Shown: positions 29,056 to 44,862, counted from the first letter of the stretch. The stretch: DNA of 64,000 nt from Chrysomallon squamiferum (GCA_012295275.1 CM022665.1:41478001-41542000); one strand, 5' to 3'. Program-made: numbers and translations. The notes: generated from the sequence alone by a model not told the origin.

Positions 29056-29905
29056 AATAAGTAAATAAGTAAATAAATAAATAAATAATAATTTTAAAAC
29101 TTATACGATTTAAACTATCTATAATAGAGTACTATCTCACTCTCTTTGTTTATCTGTCAATATCTTTCATCTGTTTTTATTTACTGATTTTAAATTCATT
29201 TTATTTAATAAAAATAAATAAACAAACAAATAAACAAATAAATAAATAATGGAAATAGGTTTATTTGTTTAGACAATTAACCTATTTCCCATTTGGATTT
29301 GCCAGACTATTCACGAGTCAGTTACGGAATACGTTTTAACCACGACTGGTTGCCGGGCTTTACGCAAGGCTGCCCAGGGCTTTCAAACTTTGCGTAATAA
29401 TGAAACCGAAGACGGTCTATTAAAACTCTCGGGAGGGTCAGGCCGACCCCCAAACGCCGGTGAAGAGTTCAACAACTGTTGGCAGCGCTCCCGATGTGTT
29501 TGAAATTGCGCTACAGTTAGACTTGTGCGTGCAATGCCATGCTGGCGGTTTTTGTGTCTTTCTCTGCTGTGACCTTACGTCACGGGGTTACCAAATCAAA
29601 CGTCAATGAAAGTCAACCCAGATAAACGCCATTATTGGACTGCATCGAGATCACCTCTTTGGCCTTGTAACCTACTTTATCGCCGCTGCTTTTCATGTAA
29701 CTTTCTGATCTAAGAGGGTTACAGAAAGAAGTTTAATGTGGCGAGAAAAGACACGGGCAATTTCGCTCAAATGTTATCCAAGAATTTATAGACTGGTCTC
29801 CTGACCGAATGTTACGTTGACGGTTAAGCAACATTTCTTGTTAACACCAGTTGTCGAAAAATTTGTTCCATAATAAAATTTTATTATTAATTTATTATTT
29901 TATTC

Positions 29906-29965
<60 letters not shown>

Positions 29966-30276
29966 GATCATCGTTATTATTATATTGAAGCAAATATGTT
30001 TTTTCTTTATCCTCAACGTCTTGCGATTAATATTTAGTTAAAACAAATATTACAATAACATTTACATGACCATTTTGTAATAATTTAATTCAGTATACAA
30101 TTAATTTTTGCTTAAATATTTTTTTAATGTTTTTATTTAAAATGAGTGATGTAAATAAACAACAGACGAATTAACTAATTAATTTAAAAAAAAAAAAAAC
30201 GAAAGAAACAATTGCATTTAATTTACAGTAACTTATTTTCATCAGCATGCCTTATTCATATTTTAAAACATTAATT

Positions 30277-30425
<149 letters not shown>

Positions 30426-30763
30426 TCTGCGTATTTCCCAATTTTACATTTCAATTTGATTAGTACTATCAAAAATATTTTAGTATAAGATTTATTCATC
30501 ATGAACATTCCCAGACATATTTTATGAGAACACGACCTTAATGTGGTTATATATCTGAAAGTTGTTAAATTTTTTTATTTTCAATATTTTCTAAATTACC
30601 GTTTTGTCTCGACAGGATTTTTTTTTATATTGTATTTATTATGCTGCTGTAAAGATAATAACAATTATCATCATTATTATCATTTTCATTATTATCTCCC
30701 ATCATCATCATCATCATCACTGTTTATCATTTTGGCTGTGCTTGCTTTAGACTCATATTATTC

Positions 30764-30822
<59 letters not shown>

Positions 30823-31353
30823 ATCAATTAGTGAGAGACAGGGAAGAAAGCTTAATGAAAAGTAAATCGAAAAAGACCATGAAAACAAGCAGACGATGCC
30901 ATACAATTACAGAAGTTTTTTTTTTTCGGCACTGTAATTTTATCTACGTGACCTTATGACCACAAATTGATTTTACCGCTGTTTCCGATCACGCACTGTA
31001 TAAAATTATACAATAATATTCAGCTCCGACAGCAATGTGAAACAATCGTAAATATCAGAGATTGTTTATTGCATACAGCTTGCGTAAGTTTTCTTCATAG
31101 TCATTGCGTAATCACTCGCTTCGGTCGAGCTCGGGTCATGCTAGCTGTTACGAAAATCTAGGAAACCAAAGTCAGTTCTCGTGAAATCGTCAGTCGCGTT
31201 ACGGCGCGAGTTTGGTTAACGTGAATTTATTTATGCAGCACGAATTTTTGTTTTAAAATGTTTTAATTTAGAAACTGGCATTTTTGAATTTATAAACTTT
31301 CCTGTAAGTTACATGTCATATTGTATGTTGTTACACGTAGATTGATTTTTTAC

Positions 31354-31387
<34 letters not shown>

Positions 31388-31946
31388 GACACGCACACGC
31401 ACGCACACACACACAGAAATATAAATAAAGACGAAGGCTGCATACAGTGCAAGAAATGAAAAACTGATATACAATAATTAATAATACAAAATATAATGTA
31501 ATACACTGTTATATATAATGTAAAACTATTAATCATGATATGTTTCTTAACCTGTTACATTCAGAGACGTATAAATGAAGCTGGTTTTAAATTTTAATAT
31601 TTTTAATACTTAATCATAATACAACTTTATGAGTTTCTTCTAATAAAAATGATTTGATATATTTTCCCTCTAATATGCCTTTAGTAGTATATGATATTCG
31701 TCTTCAGCTTTGTTTAGATTACAATAAATATATATTTCTCTGTTTTTGTATTTCCCGGTTTCTGTCGCTTAAGAATAGACTGACATTTAATCAAATGCAA
31801 TTGTGCTTCAGAAAATATTTTTGCAAATATTATCAATCTGTATATAAAATACACATAGGAGAATTTTTAACATATTAAACAAAAACTAATTAGCCTGTTC
31901 AAATATATATATATATATATATAATATACACACACACTTAAACACT

Positions 31947-32001
<55 letters not shown>

Positions 32002-32219
32002 GAGTGTTTGTGTGTATACGTGTGTTCCTGCTTCTATCATACATATATTTACTTTTATCCGAGCATGCTCCTGTCTCTGTCTCTGTTTATCTCTGGCTTT
32101 CCTCTCTCTCTCTCTCTCATTATTTAATATTTTTCTTTGTTCTTCTTGCTTTCTCTTTCTCTCATTCCCATCTCTCCGTTTTTCTCTTTATTCAAACACC
32201 CATTATGAATATTCACACA

Positions 32220-32311
<92 letters not shown>

Positions 32312-32912
32312 CTGACTTTCCAGTTAAGTTATTAGGTTTTCAATGACTCATAATGGCTTGCTTGTGGAATGAACAGCCTTATACGTCCGTATTAAATCGC
32401 GTTACGCGACAGCTACAACATGCCAGACGAAAATACGAAAACCTGACCTCCGTGCGTCATCGAGAAATTAGAGATTTCGCCGTAACAGTGTAAATATGAC
32501 GTAACGTCACCTGACAGCATATCGAAAGCGAGACTATACAACACCCATTGCTAGGGTCACGAGTTCGTGTGAAGTAATGCTTTGCGTAATAATACAAAAA
32601 CCAATTCTGATCGTAGATGCGGAATTATAGGTTAATGGAAGACTGCAGTATTTAAGTGGCCTATATTAAGATGTATTTATTTTCGTCTTATGACAATTGT
32701 TGCATTAACCCATAGTTAACCGGCATTAGTGCTTTTATCGCCGTTTCTGAACTTTCTACCACTTTGCCTCCGTCTGCAATTTTATACTCACTTATGCAAC
32801 AAATAGTGATTTTGTACCTATTACAGTTCCAGGTGTGAATATATGGAGTATGCGGACGATGTTTGCCTACTGAGAGAGATACACAGGCAGGCAGAGAGAA
32901 AATGAGAGAAAT

Positions 32913-33200
32913 ATATATACATACATACATACATACATATAAATATATACATGCACAAATGTATACATACATACATACATACATACATACGTACATATAT
33001 ACATACATACATACACACACACATACACGCTGTTATTTTGTTGTATATCGTACTGCACAATATAAATATAAATATATACATGCACAAACGTATACATACA
33101 TACATACATACATACATACATTAATATATACATACATACATATATACATACATACATACATACACACACACATACACACTGTCATTTTGTTGTATATCGT
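32913..33200. repeat. (ACAT)n-rich low-complexity block with an internal duplication
   Basis: tataaatatatacatgcacaaa.gtatacatac and tgt.attttgttgtatatcgt each occur twice. Confidence 0.8.
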
Positions 33201-33794
33201 TCTGTATACCGTTCAACACCTTCCCATTGCATTTATTGTTGCCATGCTATACCATACTGTATTATACCATTCTGAACATAAACTTAATGTTTGAGTTAAC
33301 AACGCATAATAATATGAAAGGCCTAAAGACTGACATGACCAAACACATCTCTCTGAAATCTACAAGATTCATCCGTGCATGAATGAAAGAAATACTGAAA
33401 AGGTTAACGAGTGAAAAGAAACAAACAAACAAATAAATAAACAAACGAATTAAGTAAGTAAATAAATTATACTATCTAAATTCAACAAAATAAATTAAGT
33501 AGGTGAATAAGTAAACAAACATATAAACCAAGTAATAAATAAATAAATAAATGATGCTATATAAATAAAAAATAAATGGAGTAAATAACATTTTTTTAAA
33601 TTTCTAAGTATTAACTAAATAAAATGTCGCAAATAAAATAATACTACATCTGAATAATTAAATAAACATAAAATAACTATTACTATTATTAATATACATT
33701 AAAAGATATAAATAAGTATTTAATAATAAATAAATAAATAAATAAATAAATAATACTTTTAGTTAATGTGCATGTATGCATGTACATGTGAATG

Positions 33795-33843
<49 letters not shown>

Positions 33844-34021
33844 TTATATATATATATATATATATGAATGTGTGCATTTGTGTATATATATCTGTGTTTG
33901 TATATGCATATTATGTATGTGCAAATACAAAAATACTGTTCTAAATAAATATATTTTAAATAATAATCCAACAAATTTAATACTACATAAATTAAATAAT
34001 ACAAACAAACAAACAAACAAA

Positions 34022-34065
<44 letters not shown>

Positions 34066-34731
34066 GCTATTAAAAATACTTTTATCTATACGCAAAGTCG
34101 CAGTTAACGGGAGAACGTTGTGCATGTAGCGGCATGTCGTGCCGGTTACGCGTGATTGCGTGTATTCATTCATTCATTCATTCATTCGCCTTGCGCGTTG
34201 CCGTTCAGTACAGCGCGGGTCACGCTTTGAAGGACAGTCGGTGTTTAGATAATATTGGATACTGCTTAGCAAATCCACAATCTATTGATTCTCTATCAAT
34301 ACGATGTGTGTGTGTGTGTCTGTGTGTGTGTGATAATGTTTTTCACAAAAACAACAAAGAGAATTTACCTTGAACTCGTTTCAAAAGCGTTATTAAGCAT
34401 GGTTCATAAGCTGGTCACCACTGTTTTTGTGATGTTTCCAAGGATTGGAACCGACTTCATTGATAAGCATTTCTAACATTATAAACAGTTTCGAGTGCCC
34501 GTTAAGTACAATCACGTGTAATATGAAGCCATGTGAAATGGACATGCACGGACATCGCACCGAGGGAGGGAGGTCATTAATAAATGACCAACCTACTGAC
34601 CATTTGGTGGGTGGGTGGGTGGTGGTCCAATAATGTGCAGTTTTACTGCATAAAAATGTTCTAATTAATATCCGATGATCTTTATTTGCTAAATTGAAAT
34701 GTTCGTGTGTATATGTGAATGTAAGTGTATA

Positions 34732-34780
<49 letters not shown>

Positions 34781-35029
34781 ATTTATGTATGTACGTACGT
34801 ATGTGTGTATGGATGGATGGATATATGCACGAAGACAATTATGTATTCGTGTATTCATGCAAATTATGTACAAGATAAACCAAAAAAACATAAATGGCAA
34901 AAAATGACGAAATGGCCATGAAAGTCATGCCAGTTTGAACTGCCATATGGTTCTGATAATAAAATGTAAAAATATTTTTCTCGAGTCTCTGCTGTTTCTA
35001 ATTTATTAATAATAAACCATCACCAAACA

Positions 35030-35031
<2 letters not shown>

Positions 35032-35102
<71 letters not shown>

Positions 35103-35115
35103 AAAAAAAAAAAAA
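35032..35115. repeat. Poly(A) tract of ~84 bp
   Basis: Direct inspection. Confidence 0.9.
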
Positions 35116-35551
35116 GAAAGAAAGAAAAAACCCACCACCCCTACACATACATATACATATATATTATAATTAAATATATAAAAAGATTTTCTATATCACT
35201 TTTTCACTGATTCACTGAAACATAAATGTATTCGCTTCTTTTTTAAACATTGCTGTATATTACTGTTAAAAGGGATAAAAAGAAAGAATGAAAGGGAAAA
35301 TAAAAAAAAAGAAAGACAGAAAGAAAGAAGGAAAAGAGAGAAAGAAAAAATTGAACAGTGAACTCTTATTTATATATCCCTACATATAATTAGTATTTTG
35401 TTATATACTGTTTCTTACGTAACAGGCAATTTCAGTTGAAATAAATACGTGCAGTACGAAGTTAATAACTGTATATATCATACACGGTAATATTAATGAT
35501 GTGCAACAGATGGGTAATTATACCAAATGTGCTATTAAATACGAAATTGTG

Positions 35552-35618
<67 letters not shown>

Positions 35619-36964
35619 TTGCTCAAGGACGCACCCGAACAAAAAAAAAAAAAAAAAAAAAACAACAAAGTATGATGTCATCTGATAGCTATATCTCCTG
35701 GACTTAATATAAAATGTGATATCACGAGCAGGGTAACACATACCATTTCTCACAAAACAGACTCAAAGAAGCTTTCCTTTGCTATATAAAATTATATTTC
35801 AAGTTGCAATAACAGTTACATTAATAATTGTAGTCATCGTTCGTGAAAAAAATAAATAAATAAATAAATAAATAAATAAATTAATAGATTTTTTTTTTTT
35901 TTTTTTAAATAAATGAATTAAATAAAAACCAAAATAACAGTAATAATAAACTGGAAAAGACGAAAGGGGTATAATTAACAAACTCTGAAATTAATATTAC
36001 ATTTCAGTCATGCAATACTGCATGCATTTAGAATATGTAGTATTAAAAATGAATAAATTTCAGTTTTTTAACGAAACGAATTAAATGGCTTAAATACGAA
36101 GTGTCAAAAATCAAAAATAAATTAATAATAAGAAGAAGAAGAAAAAAAAAATTAAAAGAGAAAAAAATGAAAAAGAAAACAAGAAAGAAAGAAAAGAAAA
36201 CTAATTTACTGGACAAAATACAAAGGCAGTATTTAACAAAATATAACTCTTTAACAAAACGAACAAGCGCAAATTGGGAGGGGTTTAATTTCAAATCTAA
36301 GCGTTAACAAAAACGAAAATACTTCGTGGTCCATGAGCTATAGAGATGTAAGGTGACCGCAACTCCACCACGATTGTACACTTTTACCTTAAAACAAAGG
36401 TTAAAAGCTGGAGTTGAAGAGTTCATTTCGTTACAAATGGCAAGAGGTTCGTGTTTTACGATTGTGTTTAAATGCTAAAACACGACCAGACAACGTCGAT
36501 GGGAGAAGTGATGTATAAGTCATTACTGCATTCCTCTTTCATAATTATGTAAATGTCACCGCTTCACCCAACGAGTTGAAAAGAATGTTTTAACGACAGC
36601 GCGCTATTTGGCGGACCACATCGCCCTAGCCCTGGGTCACCGTGACCTCGCTGACCAGTGGGCAGGCAGGCAGGCAGGCAAGGCACGAGAAGACGGGAGA
36701 TGAAATACATGTTGCTGAAACATACCGCGACCTTATGTTTCCTCATATCACCAGAGCCAGGGGGCAAAAGTTGGCCAAAGTTGAACAAAGTTACAGTCTC
36801 GGCTTTCTGCGCTATAAATACTGACTGACTGTAAGATAACGGCTGAGAAAACATTTCATAGCGGATCATTATTTTGTAAGAGTGTTTCTGTGTACACAGA
36901 CAGACACATGGATTGATGTACGCATGCATGAATGAATAAACAGTCGTGGCGGTTCGGGCTCATA

Positions 36965-37080
36965 ACACACACACACACACACTTATATATATATACACAC
37001 ACACACACACACTTATATATATATACACACACACACACACACTTATATATATATACACACACACACACACACTTATATAC
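36965..37080. repeat. 30-bp minisatellite, about four copies, (AC)n-TT-(AT)n
   Basis: acacacacacacacacacttatatatatat repeated with period 30. Confidence 0.9.
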
Positions 37081-37271
37081 ATAGACACGTACGTACATTC
37101 ATACAAATAAGCATTCCTTCATTAATTACATACATACATACTCGACAAACACACACATACATACAAACATACACATATATACATATATATATATATATCA
37201 AACACAGATGGTAAACACACACACGACATACATACATACATATATCTGTATCTATATCTATATCTATATCT

Positions 37272-37303
<32 letters not shown>

Positions 37304-37437
37304 ATATATATATATATATAGGCTAATTATGCCTTCTAATCCAAAACACGGCCACAAACAAAGTGTCTGATACAACAAGGTAACAAGGTGTCTTTTAACA
37401 ACAAATTTAATCGACTGATATTAAGGTAAAAATTTAA

Positions 37438-37468
<31 letters not shown>

Positions 37469-38181
37469 CATTTCTCGCAACTTGATACATCCACCCGAAT
37501 TACTTTCGCGCGCGCAATCATTTGCTTGAGCTGCAGGATATTACATTTTACGGATACCCTTTAAAATGGTTGGCCAAGCACATCGCGTTTAATAATAAAG
37601 CCATTTTGATGTCACCGGCAATAAAAGGTGGACTCTTCACCCGATAGCCACTGTGAAGTCACCTATTGTAAAATGCAAGACTATTGCGCCTGTTCCGCTC
37701 ACTTGCGTGGGAATCTTTGCTATGCCCTTTTGACGCCATTTTATCTATGGGGTGCCATTTTGTAATGTTGAAAACCTAATAATGTTCGGAGCGTTCGCCA
37801 TTCTGGCTTAAACACGCCAAATCCGAGTTACGTAACAAGCACAAATTCATCTTTTGCAAATCAAGATCGTAAATTTTAATACTGTCCTCGGTTGAGGGGT
37901 GATTCTTTCATTAATAAAGAATGGAAATTTAGAAAGAAAGAATGGAAGGAAGGAAGAAAAAAAAAAGAAGGCAGAATAAAGGGAACGAAAATAATAATAT
38001 ATGAATAATTAACGGGTGGGGGAAAAAAAGAGAAATAAGGAAGAAGAGAAGGAAAGGAAAGGAAAAAAAAACAGACAACAAATAAAAGAATGGAGAAAAA
38101 TATTTAAATAAAAATTATTAAAGCAGTTAGATTTCACAAACGTGAAATATATTTAAGACATACTTTAAAGAATAATTTATT

Positions 38182-38221
<40 letters not shown>

Positions 38222-39216
38222 AACTTTTCCCTTTTGAACTCTGACTGTTTAACTTGATTGATCTCACCACGAAGTAAACTAGCCTTTCGCGAAAATTCGA
38301 GAATTTCTCAGTTTTACGACATTGTATGTCGATCGTTTATATGGTTATAAATCATAATAACATGATACATTTATTCTTTTCCAAAGCATCGCGTCCTTAT
38401 GTGCATCTAAAGTCAATCCAATTTCTCGCACCTTCCGTTAATATCGTTTATTCGCTATTGTCGGTAACAGATGTCTCAATGTTATAATGCATCATTGGTG
38501 GGGTGGGGGGGGGGAATAGGCAGACGAAGCCGGCGGTCTGATATAACGTATGTTTGTGTTCGCTCTCCATATGTTACCATTTGTTAATCGTTGATATCAT
38601 TGCATACATTGTGATTTTCGCAATAAATATCACTAATGGCTATCGGGAAAATGTACAACAACAATTATTTAGCACTATTTTCATATTTTATGATGCTGTG
38701 ATGAAGGTTCGGACTGTTACCTGTTGACCATTGCTGACCATGTGTTGACCATGTTTATTGACCGTTAGTAGGTCTATTATCTGAAAGTGTCAGACAGTAA
38801 TTTATGATGGTAAGTTGCACGTGGACCCGTCAATCACTCCCACGTTAAAACCATGCTGTAACGCGTTGATTGCTAATTGTATTGGACAGCGAATATGACG
38901 CGGTTACTTGTCCGTTTGATGGAAAAGAAAAACTTTATGTACCCTTTTCATGTAGTTTAATACACATCAGATTATTATTATTATTATTTTTTTTTTTAAA
39001 ATTTTTAGGACTGAATGTTTTAAAAGTCATTAATTTATTTCCATTTGTTCCTACTTTTCTTCTTTCCCTTGGCACACACATATGTACAAACGTATGTACA
39101 AATACAAACATCCACACAAACATATACATACATATGTAATTACACCTCATAACGCCAAGCTCGGACCCCAGATGAATTTCGTTGGACAAATTATATTTTT
39201 ATAATAATAATAATAA

Positions 39217-39247
<31 letters not shown>

Positions 39248-40327
39248 AAGAAGAAGAAAGAAGAAGAAGAAGAAACAATAAATAACCTTATACACTTTAT
39301 TTTACATAGTTTTTCATATCCGATAACTTTCTAAATGTCATAAACATGTATATAATATAAAGTTATTTTTATGTTAAACGCAATTTGTATGTATTCAGAT
39401 TCCACTGACTCACTGTCTTTAACTCTCTACCCGTATGCCTATTTATATATTTCTAGAGAGAGAGAGATCATGCGAATTAAGTTTTCACATAATGTAAATT
39501 TCTTCGGACATATATTGTGACCACTGTCCGAACTGGACATTTCAAGCAATCCAGAGACTCGATGATTACAAACCAAAACCGAAACAAAACCTCTTCGTAT
39601 CAGTATGTTGTTACGTGACGTTTGTACACGAGTTACGTTCGTTATTTTCCGTCGGACCAGCCGGCCAAGAGTACGGTTAAGGTTGACCTCGAATTTACCT
39701 AAACATTGAGCAACGTTATTTCACGTGAAACACGTGTTCAATTCCGCTGTGACATCTGTCAAAAACTAATCGTACGACGTTAACTGTTGAATAAGGCGTT
39801 TGCCGCTACAAGGCTGAGCGTAGGGCGTTCATATTTCACTCGGTAATTATGTATAGGCATAACATAAGGTTACGTAAAGGGAATGATAAATGTACGAAAC
39901 TAATTAGAACGCGCTGATGACCCCGTGACCTGCTTGGTCACGTGAGAAATGTGTCTGGAGTTGCTTTGTACGTAACTTTGCAAAGTGGGAAGAAATGTCG
40001 ACACAAAGAAAAAAATAAAATTATATTTTAAACATAACGTTATATGTATGACGAAACATTTATCTAAGGTTGGAGTGATTTAAAAAAAAAAAAAAAAAAT
40101 AATATTAACAAAAATAAAATAAATATAGCTACTGTAAGTAAAGATGAGATGGGCATCAGCATTATCAACACCGTCAGATCAATAAGTATGTACTGTATGT
40201 GTGAAGATGTATGTATACGTATTTACCTATGTACTGAGGTCCTCTGTTGTTTGAAAAGCTGCATGATAGTACAGAGATGTTAGGAGATATTCAGATATTT
40301 TTGTGACTTTATATGCATTTTCTGTTC

Positions 40328-40384
<57 letters not shown>

Positions 40385-41362
40385 GCCAGTTGCCACCGGT
40401 TAGTGGGTACTTTTGATGTCGACGATTATATGCTTTGTGTGTGTGTGTGTGTGTGTGTGAGTGTCTGTCTGTCTGTGTGTATTTATGTATGAATGTGCGT
40501 GTGTTTGTGTTTGTGGGGTATATATATATATATATATATATATAATATGTATTAATATATGCATGTATGTACATGTACATGTACATATCAAGTGTAAATG
40601 CATGTATCTATGTATGCCTGTATCTATGGATATATTATGCATATATTTCTTCAGTGCTTTTATGTATTTTGTTTTCGTGTGTTCAAGGCAATGGTGTGGA
40701 CAACTGTGTTGGCTTCTCCTGTCCAAAAATTATCTCAAATTAACATCTGCCAACAGTTCAGATAAAAAAATAAATCAATTTACTCATCCAGTTGAATTTT
40801 TTTTTTTTTTTTTTTAAATGTCAGATTTTTTTTTTTTTTTTTTTTATTATTATTATTATTTATGATACTGTAATTTAAATTTATTAGCTTTGGTTACAAC
40901 ATCCTGAGTTACAAACTGTAAATAACCATGGTTACGCGTCTGCGTAATCATATCAAATTTTCTTCGCTTACGGTCAGGAGCAGAAATCACGTCAGAATAA
41001 AATCAGATTCTGCAAGGCCATCCATCCACGTATCAAATTGAAATCTGTCATGAGCTGGCTAAAAATCATATGAGTTAATATAATAGCAGAAATAAATTCA
41101 TGCAACATAAATCAAACCAAACTCTACGTTATTACATCCTCAGACAAAGGATACGTTTATTTCTTCAAGCTGCAAAGAAACGATTTTAAGGAACTTTTTT
41201 TTATTTATTTTTTATTTTTTTTTTTTTCAGAACTGGACGTGTTGTTTCTTTTTCAATCCCGTACATATGGAAACTGCGCATCCATGAAATGATGGACGAT
41301 TTAATTTGCGCCATGAGCCAACTATATTTGTTAATTTTATAGTAATCTGTGCAGTGATGTCA

Positions 41363-41409
<47 letters not shown>

Positions 41410-41686
41410 CACAGCTGTTCATAAAGTTCATATATCTGCTAATATCTCTATTAACACCTTCTACTGAGGACAGACCACACGACATTCATTACAAAATGAA
41501 TTTAATTTTTGCCTTAGTGACATTACAGATGACGATGATGATGATGTCGTTGTCCCGATGCACAACCTTCAGTTTTGAACGTAGATTATCGAACAGTTTG
41601 TTTAAAATATTCATATTATTAAAACCTTCATTCCTCATTAGATTTTTATTATTTCCATTAGGGAAGGAAAATGTATTACTTGAAAG

Positions 41687-41809
<123 letters not shown>

Positions 41810-42221
41810 AAGAAAGAATAAAAAAATCAAGATTTATTTATCTTTACGACGTTTTCAAACAAAATGAAATTGGTTTTTATGTGGTTTCATAAATGAATAC
41901 GTTCCTTGTCAATATATATATATATATATCAAACGTTTTGGAGCTGTAAAAAATAATTTCTAAGAGATTTAATAATTATCGCTCAGACTAAGGGTAACAA
42001 ATTTTAAAGTAATATTTAGATTTCATAAATTTCATTTCGTGTGTTTATATATTACATTTTATATTTATTATTAGTATTTCAAATTCATCAGTATCATCAA
42101 CCTCGTCGTCATCATCATCATCCTCATCATAAATATCATCATCTTCATCGTCGCCGTCGTCATCATGGTTATTATCATCATTGTCATCATTGTCATTATC
42201 ATGATCATCAGTTCATTGTTG

Positions 42222-42288
<67 letters not shown>

Positions 42289-42865
42289 CATCATTTTTAT
42301 TATTATATAGCTCTAACTGTAATTATTATTCTATTCCAAATAACGAAGCTTGGTGAGCAAGCGTATTTGAGGAAGTAAAAATGTGATTTTTTTTAAAAAT
42401 AGATGTGTTGATGGAACAGTTAAAGTTGCTTCACCACACTCAAACGTATTCATAAACTGAACCAAAAAATTTAAAATAAAATGAAAGTGTGACGGGATCA
42501 GGCAGAAATGATAGAATCACTGCCCCGAATAAAATTTTGTTCTCTTTTTCGTATTTAAAATCAGGTTTCAATCATTTATATTTTTCGAAAAATATGTAAT
42601 TTTACTGACTATTTTTGCATCTTTCGAGGGGGCCATGAACTGTCCTTGGTGTTAATCGATAAAAAGTTAAATTTCTGAAATTAGAATTTCACTTAAACTG
42701 TTGGTTTAAATTCATAACAAAAACATTTTATTATCAAGGTCTATAAACAAGGAATGTAATTTAACATGCGCCAAGCTGTCAAGAGTTTAACTGAACCAGC
42801 TAAAAACAAAAACTTTTGTAATTCTTTTTTTTTATCTCCCATGTCGTTTATAATAATATTAATAC

Positions 42866-42911
<46 letters not shown>

Positions 42912-42912
<1 letters not shown>

Positions 42913-43136
42913 TAATAAAGTTTTAACATAAAGAGATATTGTAAATTAGTTAAGCTAAATATTAAAACAAAATGTCAGAACACGATGAAATAACAATTAA
43001 CATTTCAGTTCTGACTTCTGAAAATATGACTTTTTTTTATGTGATAATTAGCCAAATGAATTTTGTGTTCTTTAAAATCGTTACAATATTGAGTTCCCTA
43101 AAATGTTGCTAATAATAGTTTAAAATATTAAACTGC
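42912..43136. repeat. Dispersed repeat of ~220 bp, copy 1
   Basis: Aligns by eye to 44863-45056 (aataaagttttaacataa.a.atattgtaaat...cttctgaaaa.atg.ctttt...aatgttgctaata...aaaatattaaaac). Confidence 0.8.
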
Positions 43137-43175
43137 ATGTAATACAGGCCTTCCGCGGTTTGTGTACATTACGTC

Positions 43176-43206
<31 letters not shown>

Positions 43207-44077
43207 TGTATGCATGTAATATGTTTGTGTGTATGAATTTATGTATGAATGTATCTATGCATGCATGTACGTGTGTATGTATAAATGTATGGATGTTTGG
43301 ATGAATGGATGGATGTATATAATATCTTTCTTTAGTTGTGTCTTTTATAATTTTTAAATTAGGCTATATTATATCTTTCCTGTATTTTGCATATATATAT
43401 AGACATAGTATATCTTTTTAAACAGTATAAACTAACTGAAAAATAGACAGAAAGATAAAAAGTTAATTCTTAAAAATTATCAGACTTTTAATAAAAAAAC
43501 AAAATATGGATTCAAATTCATTTTAGAAGACAAATAAAACAGTAATCTCGGTTCACCAGCTATTTTATTTTTATTATTATTTTTTTTAAGTTATCTGAAT
43601 TCAGCCACATAATTTTAGACACACACGCACACACACACACACACACAATAAATGCCTGTTTAAAAGAAAGTTATAATTGAAGATCTCTCTCTTTCTCTCA
43701 CTCTGTTAAAATATTTAAAACAAACACAAGATAAACATTGTGATATTTTTATTGTTTTTACAAATGTTATACTGATATTTGAAAATACTCTCAAGAAAAA
43801 CGATATAGATGTAAAGCACGATGCACCAAACCATGCAGAAGGGAGAGACATAACAATAACAAAATAATCTTTTTTCGTACATTTCCGATGTTACGAAAAT
43901 TACCGAATCATTCCGAAACAGTAACGGCCATTTTATTAGTAATTCTATGAAAACAACTTCTGACTACTTTCTTCTTTGTGATAGACATTATCGAGAAGAA
44001 AATTTCTGCTATTAAAATAAGACAATGTTAAATTATGTATTTTTAAAAATTAATTACTCTTTTAAAGAAATGAGATA

Positions 44078-44145
<68 letters not shown>

Positions 44146-44423
44146 TAATAACAGCAACATATAGTAAAAAGTAAATTGATAAAAATAATCATAAGATAGA
44201 CATTCACAAATATCAAAAGACATTAAACCAAAGATTATTTTCGATAATTTTTCTTGAGTCATTAAAGGCACTTTTAGCAAGATACAGAGGTAGCTTGTCT
44301 GCCTGTGTGTGAATATGCATATACGTTTTAATTACGAGGTAATTTGCTCGGATTACGTTGCTGAAAACCAAGTTATTTTAAAATGGACAGTTGTAATAGT
44401 ATTGATACAATATTAAAACTGGC

Positions 44424-44454
<31 letters not shown>

Positions 44455-44862
44455 TAATTATTTTAAATAGCAAATTATTTAGCACAGCTAGGTTGCTGTG
44501 TTAGAAAATTATCATCGCAAGTACACACGCATACAGACACGCACCAACTCTGATATATAAGCATACTCTCATACGCCGTGCTGGGACTAAATTTTAACAT
44601 AGCTTTTACGTTTCCCTCCCACCGATGCGTCTTTTAATAAATAACGTACAATGACAAAGATATTCTGGAAAATTCGTTCAAGTTTTCTGTTTTGAAATAA
44701 CTGTGATATGTTCAACTAAACTGAAACTAGCAAAGGAATACAAAATAAATATTAATAAGGAAGGACTGAAATGATTAAATGTTAGTTATACACCAGTTTT
44801 AGTGTAATACATAAGAAACAGTTTGTTAATTTCCTACAAGGCTACACTGTAATGTAATACAA

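Noticed and set aside
29251-29289. Short hairpins (ggaaataggtt...aacctatttcc here; cttcggatt...aatccgaag at 46241-46267)
   Set aside because: Too short and AT-rich to support a pre-miRNA or terminator call.
35032-35115. Long poly(A) as a retrocopy tail
   Set aside because: No upstream processed-gene or LINE sequence and no target-site duplication identified.
36564-36929. 121-aa minus-strand ORF over a GC-rich island
   Set aside because: No homology recognised and no convincing splice partners. The region is better explained as regulatory.
36965-37080. Regularly spaced repeats as a possible CRISPR array
   Set aside because: No unique spacers, pure AC/AT minisatellite, and a eukaryotic context.
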